Shown piece after piece: positions 42,585 through 53,560 of a stretch of 64,000 nucleotides of DNA. Origin of the DNA: Paramoeba atlantica (Eukaryota; Protista; Discosea); the NCBI GenBank assembly GCA_977017575.1, contig CDRNVI010000055.1, positions 62,001-126,000 of the forward strand, written 5' to 3'. Position 1 is the stretch's first letter. Each line of letters opens with the position of its first letter. The notes beneath the pieces are model-generated. The model searched no databases, was not told the origin of the DNA, and saw only the letters and a list, made by a program, of their open reading frames with translations. The position numbers and the translations under genes were made by a program.

Positions 42585-45467
42585 TTATGGCACGTATTTC
42601 GGCTTCTGTTTATCTCTTAAATTCCGGTCTCTCATGGGAATAATTTTGCGTAACTTCATCTTTTTTGCCAGAGCTCTGCTTGTCCCGCGCACGACACGTG
42701 ACCATTCCTCTGTACTAACTTTTCGGCCTCTCACTTCAGGAGATTGCATCGAGTCCGGTTTTGCTTGCCCTTGTACCTGAGCACACTGATAAGTATGAGA
42801 GTTCTTATGGATGTTTGAGAGCCCACCTTTTGATTTGACAACAGAGACATCATGCCCAGCGCTGAAGCTATGCAACAATTCGTCCTTTATCTCATGCGCG
42901 CGAAATTTTGGAGATACATTCCCAGATACCTCGTCTTCAAATGAAACTCCGTCCTTTGTGGGGGTCTCAGAGGTGAAACGGTGTTCTCGTGGCGTTCCTA
43001 AAACCATAGATGTCTTTTCCAAGTGAGTATTATTCGCATCGTCGATAAATGTATTCGGTGTTTCCATTTGCTCGTACACTCTTTTAGAAAAGAGGGGAAG
43101 TTCTGGCGGAAATAACCCTCCACATACAGATGATTTCAAAAGCTTCCAACCCCCCATGATTTGCCATTTTTTTGTTGGTGGCAAGTGTGAACGTGGATAT
43201 AATTTACTATCTCGAGCGTAACAACGGCGATACACTTTTCCCCGGACGAGCTCTCCTTCTTTATTACAAAAGGTCGCCCACATATGACCACGATGAACAG
43301 GCTCTTTCACAATTCGAGAATATCCGTGAAGTTCCTTGAGAAAATGGGTAGAGTACTCATCAATCTCACTGCGTACTACGTAAAGTTCATTCTTTCCTAT
43401 TATTCTTGTTGCGTTTTGCACGTGAGAAGTATTGCTCAGCCTGTTGTACTTGTGGCAGGGAACTAGCAGTTTCGTTGGCGAGTTAGGATGTTCGTCGTCC
43501 TTGATATTATCGTCAGCACCTCCTTCGGAGGATGCGGCTTCCAAATTCTTCTCGTAATGATTTGTTTTTTCCAACTCACGAGCCAGCTCCACTTGACGTG
43601 ATCTTTGCGCTGCATCGTCCTCTTGTTTAGTGCGCGCATTCTTTTTTTCGGCTCTTTCTTTACGTGTGGGGGCAACTTCATTCCGAGCAACAACTAAGTA
43701 GCAAAATTTTTCCTTTGCCCGAGAGCAGCGCGTACGTCGGACCCATTTTTCCACAAATGTCAAATCAAATCCCACCGTCGCATGGCATACTCGCATTGTC
43801 TTGTCCTTCGTGCCAACGCAACAATGTTGCATTGGGCAACGTCTTTCGTGTGGGCATGGCGCTATAATGGTTGGCTGCTCGTTCCATACACCAATTCCTG
43901 CCATATCACGAAGCGCTTCTCGAAGCTCCATCATTATTGCGAAACACGCTATGCTTGCATGGTCAATGATCACAAGAACTTTACCTGTTCGCTTCCACAA
44001 TTTTTCCAGTGCAGACTTGCGTGCTGATGACGTTGGGATTTCGCTGAACGTGTACGCTGCTACTACTAGGTCTTCACGCCCATCTGCATCGTCGGCTGCA
44101 AGGTATCTCCTCCAATGCACAAGTGGTAATTCTTCCGCTAAGTTTACCATCGCTGTTTCCATCATTCCTTGGCTAGGTTCAATTGCAATGATGTGCTGCA
44201 TGGGGCGAAGTTTGGAATCACGCTGATTCATTTTATGCTGGACTTCCACAAGCTTTTCCCACCAAGTCTTTGACTCTTCATCAATCTCATCGGACGTTTT
44301 AGAGGTTTTGTTCTTCGCATCATCCTCTGCGATAACGTCCGCTTTTGCAGAATCTTCATGCAACGTGGAGACAAAATATTGAAGTTGATCTACCTTCTCA
44401 TCCGATTCTTGTGTCCAAATTCCCTTTATGTTGTATTGCTTTTCCCCTCTTTCTAAAGAGCGAGTCAAACCTAATCTGTTTTTTACTCTCTCTATTGCAT
44501 TGGCCCCAACCCGGATTAGTTCGCGCTGCAAGTCTAATGGAATGAATTTCATATCTATCTCACCTCGGCGCAGCATTCCCAAAACAGTCATGAAGCGCGA
44601 TCGTCTGCGTCGAGTATTCGTATTGGCTACTTCGCTGGTTTCATCATTGAGAAGTCCAAAGGTATATTTGCGATGAGAGACATTGTGAAAGAACGTTCTC
44701 TTTAAGTGACGCATGGTGGGGCTCGTGCGAACCATGGATTCCGGATCATACACTTCCTTGATAGCGAGCAATGTTGTTCCTGTACCAGCACCAAAGTCAA
44801 GGACGGATTTCGGAACGAACAGAGGCATAAGTTTTGAAAGTTCATGGAATACGCGATATGTTGCGGCGTACATAGCTGGCGCTCTGTATAGAAAAAAAGC
44901 AACACTGTCCATGCTATCGTACAATGCCGTTCTATTTTCTATTGCATTAAAAAGTGCAATTTTTTTGTGAAATTTCTTGAGCTTCATCTTAATCTCGCGT
45001 CTTAGCTGGGCCTGTGCTTTTTCATCAACGATTAGCATGTTCTTGTTGAGATCATCCAAGGATTCTCGTCGCGTCCACATTTTTCGCTTTATCTCGTTTA
45101 AAGTTCCGGGTTGATTCGACGGCAGCATTTCCTCTGCGTTCAGGTCGTTGAAAAGATGCCGTCGGTCATCCTCAGCTCTATATATGAGAATGGGAACCAA
45201 ATCCACCAGTGCCCTTCGTATATCGCTTTTGTCGTGAGTGCGGTATACTCTCATATAAGCAACCTGCATCGCAGTTGACATTCCTATAACCCCTGGATTC
45301 ATATTTGCAAGATCATCGCGTACTCGATACTGCCGCAGTTTTGGGTTCATTCTGCAATACCGAACCAGGCGCCGAAATTCATAGCTCTCTCGTGGTCGAG
45401 AAACTTGAGTACGCAAAAGTCTATAATGATGTCTCGCAAGTCGGTCCAGAAACGCGCGACATGGCAT
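42585..45467 (-). CDS. RSM22: Mitoribosome small-subunit assembly factor, Rsm22/METTL17-like methyltransferase
   Basis: YRAPAMYAA..RVF.E, SVLDFGAGTGT, DLVVAAYTFSE, IIAPCPHERRCP, EKFCYLVVAR. Confidence 0.88.
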   Translation of the reverse strand: MPCRAFLDRLARHHYRLLRTQVSRPRESYEFRRLVRYCRMNPKLRQYRVRDDLANMNPGVIGMSTAMQVAYMRVYRTHDKSDIRRALVDLVPILIYRAEDDRRHLFNDLNAEEMLPSNQPGTLNEIKRKMWTRRESLDDLNKNMLIVDEKAQAQLRREIKMKLKKFHKKIALFNAIENRTALYDSMDSVAFFLYRAPAMYAATYRVFHELSKLMPLFVPKSVLDFGAGTGTTLLAIKEVYDPESMVRTSPTMRHLKRTFFHNVSHRKYTFGLLNDETSEVANTNTRRRRSRFMTVLGMLRRGEIDMKFIPLDLQRELIRVGANAIERVKNRLGLTRSLERGEKQYNIKGIWTQESDEKVDQLQYFVSTLHEDSAKADVIAEDDAKNKTSKTSDEIDEESKTWWEKLVEVQHKMNQRDSKLRPMQHIIAIEPSQGMMETAMVNLAEELPLVHWRRYLAADDADGREDLVVAAYTFSEIPTSSARKSALEKLWKRTGKVLVIIDHASIACFAIMMELREALRDMAGIGVWNEQPTIIAPCPHERRCPMQHCCVGTKDKTMRVCHATVGFDLTFVEKWVRRTRCSRAKEKFCYLVVARNEVAPTRKERAEKKNARTKQEDDAAQRSRQVELARELEKTNHYEKNLEAASSEGGADDNIKDDEHPNSPTKLLVPCHKYNRLSNTSHVQNATRIIGKNELYVVRSEIDEYSTHFLKELHGYSRIVKEPVHRGHMWATFCNKEGELVRGKVYRRCYARDSKLYPRSHLPPTKKWQIMGGWKLLKSSVCGGLFPPELPLFSKRVYEQMETPNTFIDDANNTHLEKTSMVLGTPREHRFTSETPTKDGVSFEDEVSGNVSPKFRAHEIKDELLHSFSAGHDVSVVKSKGGLSNIHKNSHTYQCAQVQGQAKPDSMQSPEVRGRKVSTEEWSRVVRGTSRALAKKMKLRKIIPMRDRNLRDKQKPKYVP

Positions 45468-45866
45468 TTTTTGCGTAAAAGCACTAATTATTTTAATTAA
45501 GATATTCGGACAAAAACTACCTAAATTACTAAAAAATTAGAATATTGTTTTTAGCGCAAAAAAGCATTTTATGCTTAATTTTTACACTTTTTCTTTATTT
45601 TTAGACTGTTAGCTCATCACAGATTCGTAGAACTTTTTATTCAAAAGCAAGGGGAGGAACAGAGAGTTACCATTTACTTTAACTTTCCATTTATGTACTC
45701 CGTCATAAACTCTTATCCTCCCGATATTCTCTTGGGATTTATCTTTTACTCCTAACCGGTTCCAACTTTAAATGAAGCTTTAACTGATTATTTATGCTTT
45801 CAGCATACCGTGTTTGTTGGTATGCTTTTGGAGGTTGCCCGTTCGATTCTGTCATTCACTAGTTTA

Positions 45867-47200
45867 CTGTGACCTCCCCTTTAATACGGACAGATTTTTG
45901 GACTGTTCGTATTAAAGGGGGCGGTGCCCATGGCACAGAAAATGACGCTATTTCTTACCCGGAAGACCTACTTCTCTTATACCAGAGCTCGATCCTGCGC
46001 CTTGTCGTGGCGCTCTGGATTAACACCCGCAAGGGTTAACCAAGACAGGATCATATGTAGCTACAGAACACGACCGGCACTTAGACGGAGTGCATCAATG
46101 GTCGTGGGAGCACCCTCACCGGATCCTGTCCATCACCCTGCGTTGCGCGGCCAGCATTGAGCCTGGTTGGGACACGTTGGCTGATGTTGGCCAACATGTT
46201 GGCACATGTATGTATGATGCCATGTACAGGGATGCCAACTCCGATCTGGGGGGGTCTAAAATTTGTAAAAATTGTCCAATTTTGAAAAATAATAGCGCAT
46301 TGGAGACCTCTCGCAAAGTTGTATGTCTTTGCCATACTCGGACCGCTCAACTATAGATATTCGATCCGACGAAAAAAAACATGTTTTTTTTGTTCAAAAA
46401 TACGGCAATTTTTAATGTTTTTTTCCTTTTTTTGGCCCAGAAGCGTGTTCGCCCAAGGACTTCCCGTGGCGTTTTGAGCGCCCGGTCCTACTCTTCACCA
46501 GGGAAGACGAAGGAAACCCACAGGATGCTTTTTGTGGCGGACTATGAGAAAACTAACTCATATTCCCGCATAGGCCAAAATTTTGGGGTCCACGAGGGGA
46601 CCCCAAAATTAAGCTCTGGGTTAAGCTCTGGGTCGAGCGTTACAACGCCACTGGGGACGTGACCAGTCGGTCTCCTAAACGTTTGCCTAGGGTCAGTATA
46701 CCAGATCTCAAGGAAGTGGTCTTAAAGATTATTGACGCGGCTTATCGCGACCTTCCTTATGGCATCGCTAATTGGAGCGAGCTTTGGAGAGAGGTTAAGC
46801 GCCATGGTTCCACGTGTTCATTAAATTCCCTAAAGAACATGTTGAAAAAATCAAAAGAAAAAATTATTCTTAGAACGGTAAAGGTTCCTCTTAACTACGA
46901 ACCACAAGGAACGAAGAGTACAATTTGCCACTGAAATGCTACAGTGGAGTGACTCTGCGTTGGAAAATAATATCTTCTGTGATGAAAAAAGGTTTACATG
47001 CAAAACGTCTTCCCGACCCACCTACCTTTGTCAAAAATCTGACCCTCCCAAAGAACAGACAGGTGAATTAGAGCCTTATCATGGTGGAGAAGGGATTATG
47101 GTATGGATGGGGGTGAGTTTAAAGCAACCAGACAGAGTCCGACCAAAGAAGCTTGGAATGCAAGCATCGCTGCGAAGATAAAAAGAAGTCTGGTCATGAG
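45867..47200 (+). pseudogene. Degenerate Tc1/IS630-like transposase region
   Basis: IFCDEKRF and GGEGIMVWMGVS motifs in broken frames at 46659-47181; left terminus TA|CTGTGACC. Right end not found. Confidence 0.55.
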
Positions 47201-50200
47201 TGGTGTAAGCGACATCTTGCAAGTGTGAAACCCTAAAGCCTCAATGTTAACATTCATTGGATCTTTTTAGAAAAACTCTTAACCACGAAAGTGGTACTAT
47301 TATTATTAATATTATTCATGTTCACAGGCGCGCTAGCGCCACGGAGAAAGCGAGCGGATGGGCGTGGTTGCGTCACCTCTAAACTATATTCCCGAAAATT
47401 CACACTCACTGCGTCCGGCCTTCGTTGTTGGAGACATGTCGTGCCAGAGCGTTCTCGAAAGCTTTCCTATCTTGAGCATATAAAACTCTTTTCAGCTCGA
47501 TTGGAAACCTTTTTGTGCGTTTTTGTGCACATGGCGCGTCGACGGTGAACAAAAGGTCCGAATGCACGGGGACGGTAGGTCAAATGAAGCGTGTTAATGT
47601 CATGTATGCTCTTCAGCGGAATTGTAGAAATGATAAGTCTAGAGACAAACGACGTATGGTGGTTCTCTTGAGCGCCGAAAATCCTATTCAGCTCGGTTAC
47701 TACCCATCGAACTTTGTTTCTGTGCGCCCAAATTTCTCGCAGTGGCACACAGCACGTTCGTTTTACCGTCGTCCGAAACGTGCCCTACCAGAGATTGTCC
47801 GACAGGATTTCACATAAAACCCCGGTCAAAGTGAAGCCCCGGTCAAAGTTTGTAATTTTAATAATCTGACACTCTAAAAGAAAACGTATTTATTTTAGAC
47901 CAATATTTGAAAAATATAAAAAAATATCTTTTTGGCGCAATAATGCTTCACTTTCACCAAAACCCCTTTCAGCCCGATTGGAAAACCTTGGTGGATGTTT
48001 TTGGGATGGTGAACATGGCGAGTGGATAGTGAACAGAAGCGTTGGACGCACAAGGGCAGCAGGTTGCGTAAACCTCGTTGATTTCACGGACAGTTTTCAA
48101 CGGAATGGTAGAAATAACAAGCCTAGAGACAAGCGACGTATGGTTATTGTGTTGTTGTTGGGTCCGGGCCGTTTGTCTCCGAGGAGATATGGTCTCCTCA
48201 CTTTCCGCGTAGGTAGCGGTGCGGGTGCTCCACGCGGGGAGTAAATATACAGCGCGAGAGCCTAGGCTCAGCCGCAGCGTGTAGACACCCGACTTGCTTC
48301 CTCCGGGAGAATGAGGTGTCATGCCCTAGTTGTTTAGTGTCTTGTTATCTTGACACCGGGCGACCCATGCAAAGCGCGTGGCGATGGGGTGTTGGCGAGG
48401 GCGGCGCACCGGGGCGAAAAGGGAGACCAAGAGGGGGGGCAAACCGGCGGTGCGGAGGTGGCGAGAAGGGCGGCGCAGGGGGGGAGGCGAGGGTGGTCAA
48501 GAGGGGGGTGAGGCGGCGGTGAGGAGTGGCGCAGGAGGGTCAAAGGGGGGCGAAGGCGGTGCTGGGAGTGGAGGGGACGGCAAAGGGTGTATCGATGAGG
48601 TGGGAGTGAAAAAGGGGGTGACGGGGAGCTGAAGGGGGCGGCGAGGAGGGCGGTGAGGAGGGTGGCGAGGAGGGCGGTGCGGAGGCCAGCGTGGAGGGCT
48701 GGCACTGGAGGCGGCGAGGTGGATGAAGCGAGGAGGGAGGGCGAAGAAGTCGACCAAGGAGGGCGGCAAAGAGGACAGTAACGTTGGAGGCGCAGGGTGG
48801 TGGAGGGGGGTCGCGACTACAGGAAATCGGGCGGCGAAATCGGACCCTTGGGGGGTCCAGGGGGGTCCAGGGGGGGTCCAGGGGGGGGGGTCCAGGGGGC
48901 ATACCGCACGAAATTTTTTTGAAAAAAATATTTTTCGAAATAAAAGCGCAGAAGGGGTAGACAGGGTCTTGGCGCGCATTTTCCACCCCCCTACCCGGGG
49001 GTGATCCCCCCTCGTATGCGCAGGACGGGTCCGTCAAATTCGGATTTTTTCGGATCTTTTTTTGAAAAAAATTTCCACTTGACGAAAAAAATGGTAAAAA
49101 AAAGTATTTTTACAAAATTGTTTCCCCTATTGTAATTTGATAGTTTGGGACCTATTCTAGCTTTCCACGCCATTGTTTTCGCGAGGTGTCGCTTCTTGAA
49201 GCCGTGGTACGCCTCCCAAAATCACCGATTTTTGACCAAAAAGTGCGAAAAAGTAATTTTCGGACCCAAAGGTGTCTTTTTGGGTCGGAAGAATGGTGTA
49301 GTTGGAGTCGCATTCTATACCCAATACCTTCTGCAGCCTCGAATGCATGTCTATGAGTGATTTCCCGCGCGTAAAAGTCGAATTTAGTGCTCTGAGAGCA
49401 AAAATACCCAAAAATCACCCTATTTTTACCTGAAAATCGGCTATTGGCTCAAATCCCTCCGTTTGCTTCAGCGTCCCTGGCCAATTTTCTTTTTTAGGCT
49501 CTTCGTTAAACGCGGTGGTAGTTTTCAACGCGAAGCGCGCAGCATGAGTGACTTCTAAGTTAAAGGAAATTAACACCCCGAAAGGGTTAATTAAACTCTA
49601 ACATACCGAAAGGGTTAATTCTTCGCCCGGACACGTAAAAGCATGCTGGTGCGTGCTCTTTGTTGTCGACGACGAAGCAACACAATCTTTCCCCTCACTG
49701 CGCGTAAATTTCAATGTTGCGTTTGATGAGGAAAACTTACCAAGAAATCAGATTGACATTGTCAAGAGTTTTGACCAGTTGGGGTATAGTAACCACGAAA
49801 ATAGTTAATATGTATTTATACATATAAATATATTTGTATGTATTCAAATAAATATTTATATGTATTCATGGCATTTCATGTTCTTTTACCCCTGAAAGCC
49901 CCGGAAAATAAACTCCCCCCACACTCGCTCACGTTTCCCCAGGCGCAATAGGGAAACTTGCCAATTGATCATAACATGTTGTGGGCAATACAAAAAGGAA
50001 TGCGGTGCGAAGCGGCGCGAATTTTTTTTACCCCTTAAGCAAAGTTATTATATCTAGGGACACTTATTATACCTAGGGACACTTATTATACCTCCTAGGT
50101 ATAATAACCAGGACGGTGGTTTATATATTTTATTATCTAGGACGTTAATCCACTATTTCCATAGTAAAAAGTTTTTCCCACCTGCCCACCTGGGGAGGCT

Positions 50201-50693
50201 GTAAAAGGTTTTCCCGTTCGTTAGTATGGTGGCAATAATAAAAATATTATTAGCATATGTTATAGTAATAAATTCAATGGTTGTTTCTCTGGGTACGTAC
50301 AGAAAAATATACATGACATGATTTATGATACTACCGTTCAAAATTACATATAGTTTGATTTAGTTTAACCTAGCGCGAAAGTTGTGATTCTACAGATTAA
50401 AACTCTAGGAATTGTAATTATCCCCTTTTTATCTACAATGAAAGTTATTCACGAACATTGTATTATTGAACGCAAACTTTATCTCGGGTATCGAAAGCTT
50501 ATTCTTCCTACGATATTTTATAATTCTCTTAAAAAATGTACCTTGTTGAATTATAAATTAATTCAATTTTATAATAAGAAATGGTGAAATCAAGAGCTCA
50601 AATCTCCGAGTTAAATCAAGAATCAAGCCTCGAACAAGATGAGGTCCTCGATGTTCCGATATATGATAGTTGTTGATAGTTGTAGGCCTTTTT

Positions 50694-52669
50694 ATCCCGT
50701 AAAGGGGTGTTGCCTCCCCGGAGTAAGCCGAGGTAGCTTGGGGGGAGGTCGCCACTCAAAGGTGGGTTTTCGCCCACCTCGGCCGCTGAACAATCCTAAC
50801 CCTTTCGGGCAAGGACTTCGCATTGTAATCATACGATTACGTACGAGTGTTCCGCAGGTCCTAGTGTCGCCTCCCCCGGACACGTGGAGAGTTGTATGCC
50901 CTCGCTATTCGGCGAACTGGGTGCTATCCTTGGTTCATTCCGAACGCTCCACGTTCCCGAAGGAGAAATCGAACGGCTTGCTGGCATAGTTCGGGAGTCT
51001 CGAGTCTCAACTTCAATGGTTTAGAGGGCTGAAACCACCTGGGTTTGCCTGGGTTTGCTAATTTTCTATATTGTATTAGGCAACTCAGTTTCTTCCTTGA
51101 CGAAAAGCACAGTGTATTCTTTAATGCTTTTTTCGCACAATAAGTAACTTATTTTTCTTAGATTTTGTATTTATCCTGAACATACCACAATAGAATGCTA
51201 CACTATGATCTTCCGCCTGACGACGATGAGTTTGTCGTACATGAGTTTTCCTCTCCGGATTCCGAGAAATATGTCTCCCTCAGAAAATGGGTTTCGTTGC
51301 GAGAAACGTTTCGCATCCCTCTTGTCCGGACGGAAAGCACGATGCAATGGCTCCGCATGAGCAAGGCGGAAAGAGACGCCATGAAGTACGCTCCAGAGCG
51401 CTTGCCACCCCCAGAACTCATGTATCGCATGGAAGACAACATTGTCTCTCTATGCGTCAAGTGGGTGACAGACAGGCTTCGCCTGATTTGACGAAGAGCG
51501 AGATAAAGGACAGAGATTCTGAAATAAGAAATCAGAAAAGAATTGATCAGCAGGAACGAAGGAAACAAAGCAAACGACTTAATCGTCAAGCTCTTTCGGA
51601 ATTTAAGCTAGGTGAATGAAGCAGTCACATGTAGTAGTCATGTATGACTATGACATCTATACCTATGACATCTATATCTATTTCTGTACCTTGTTGTACT
51701 TTTTCCTTAGTTCATCCTTTCTTTCCCCGGCAACGGGCATACTCTTACTGTATTTTCATGCCCGTTGCCGGTCGGTACTAAGGCCGAAACTGTCCCTCTC
51801 TATTGTTGAAGCAGGGGACGCGCTTCCACCCCTTCATCCCTTCCCGACTCACTCCCCTGGAGTGAGTGTGCTTCCCTCTCTCGGCTTCCCCTTCTCTCGC
51901 AGTTACCTTTCCGAAGAGGCCATGCGTCACGGTGACCTCCCTTGAGGACCACTAGGCGTGTCCTCCGCCGACGAGACTCCCGGCTCTCCGCACCTGGAGG
52001 TCGCCCAGCTCTCTGCACCTCGGCTCTGTCGCAGCTCTCTGCACCCGGATTGCCCCCGAAACTGTGATATGGGGATTACGCATCCGGCTCCTGCACCTGC
52101 ACATGACAACCGAGCTCTCTGCACCTGGGACTCCAGCTCTCTGTACCCGCACACCTCCGGCGAGGGCGAACCCTCACTTGATCCACCCGTCGTATGCGGG
52201 CACGGACTTTGTGAGCATAATCTCTGCACTATAAGTGCATGAACGAACACTGAAAGTAATGATAATTTCGTACGATTTACATGGACCTCGAACTAGTCTC
52301 CCTGCACCCCCCACCTGGACCCGCCTTCCACCCCCGGGAACCCCCACCCGGATCCTCCAGCGAACTCCATAGCCGAAAAAACGCCAAGTACCTTTGCCAT
52401 TGGTTTCTCTTGGGACCTGACTGGGTTTGCCTGGGTTTGCATTTTACTGGTTTCAGCCCTCTTAGACTCCTCAGCTTCAACGGACCAAGTCTTCTAGGGT
52501 GCTGTACCCGCGAGCGGACTTGGTTCTTCAGCTTCAAAGGGCTAACCCTCAGCTTCAACGAGCTCGTATCTCTCCGAATTCTGACCCTACTCCCGTTATC
52601 ATGGGCTAGTTGCAAGCCGCACCAAAGTAAAAAGAGAGATCGCTCCAAAGTTTAGCGTAAAAGACGCAC
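50694..52669 (-). ncRNA. Putative structured RNA module, copy B, interrupted by a transposon at 51024-52461
   Basis: Reverse complement of 50694-51020 and 52465-52669 aligns closely with 40046-40608. Confidence 0.55.
51024..52461. mobile_element. Non-autonomous PIF/Harbinger-like element (1438 bp)
   Basis: Perfect 14-bp TIR GAGGGCTGAAACCA, 3-bp TSD TTA (51021-51023, 52462-52464); copy A of the host module shows the empty site. Confidence 0.88.
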
Positions 52670-52957
52670 ACCCTAGTTTTTTTGTACCTTGTTATGTTCG
52701 GTACCGGGCGACGCCATTCTTCGAGATGCAGCGTGAGGGGGTGGGCGGCGTGTGGGTGAGGGCGGCGCTGGGAGGCAATGGGGGTGAAGGCGGCGAGGAG
52801 GGCGCTGAATAGGGTGGTAAAGAGGGCGGCGAGAATAGTAACGGTAGGGGCGGAGCGAGGAAGCGGGGAGCGGAGAGGAGAGCGGACAGGATCGCGGCGG
52901 GGAGTGTGGCAGGGAGCGCGGCGGGGAGCAGGGCGGGGGGAGCGGCGGGGGGAGCGG

Positions 52958-53150
52958 CGGGGAGTAGGGCGGGGAGTAGGGCGGGGAGTAGGGCGGGGAG
53001 CAGGGCGGGGAGCAGGGCGGGGAGCAGGGCGGGGAGCAGGGCGGGGAGCAGGGCGGGGAGCAGGGCGGGGAGCAGGGCGGGGAGCAGGGCGGGGAGCAGG
53101 GCGGGGAGCAGGGCGGGGAGCAGGGCGGGGAGCAGGGCGGGGAGCAGGGC
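52958..53150 (+). repeat. 12-bp minisatellite (GCGGGGAG[C/T]AGG), about 16 units
   Basis: Direct reading; the source of the CSPP/ALLP/GAGR repeat ORFs. Confidence 0.95.
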
Positions 53151-53334
53151 GCGAGGGAGCAGGGTAGGAAGCACGGCGGCGCAGGAGGGGTGGAAGAGGG
53201 GAGGCAATTGGCGAGCAAGGGCGAGCATGGCGGCGCAGGAGGGGGGGTGCGAGGGGGCGGCGGTGGAACGAAATCCACGCTGAGGGGCATCATCGAAATA
53301 AAATAACATCGAAATAAATAAAAGACAAGGTACA

Positions 53335-53560
53335 CAGGCGGTGTAGCAGGCGTGGCGTGAGCGGCTCCATTTGCCGAACCGGTTCGCCCGCTCCTTGACC
53401 CTTCAGGGCTTTCGCGCAGAGCTTCAGAGGAGTCACGTTCATGTCCTGCATGGCTAGGAGGGCCTGAAGGCTTCGGCCGTATCCTAGCTTCGTCGATATA
53501 TAGCACGCCTTACGCAGCGAATACCTATCTTTTAAGAACGGACAGTGGGTGTGTCCTAAA
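53335..53560 (-). pseudogene. Fragment of a second, diverged tyrosine-recombinase gene
   Basis: ISTKLGYGRSLQALL....VTPLKLCAKALKGQGAGEPVRQMEPLTP aligns with TSTRMGYAGALRTLF....GTPLSLYVKALQAQGGLEPTRQMLPITP of the 60845 ORF. Confidence 0.8.

Noticed and set aside
51727-51800. Hammerhead ribozyme (stem followed by CGAAAC)
   Set aside because: No CUGANGA core, and GAAAC is not conserved in the 29470 copy.
39342-53506. Pro/Gly/Ala-rich ORFs in the C/G-rich repeats
   Set aside because: All frames are open because of low complexity and the frame is not conserved between copies; not called as genes.
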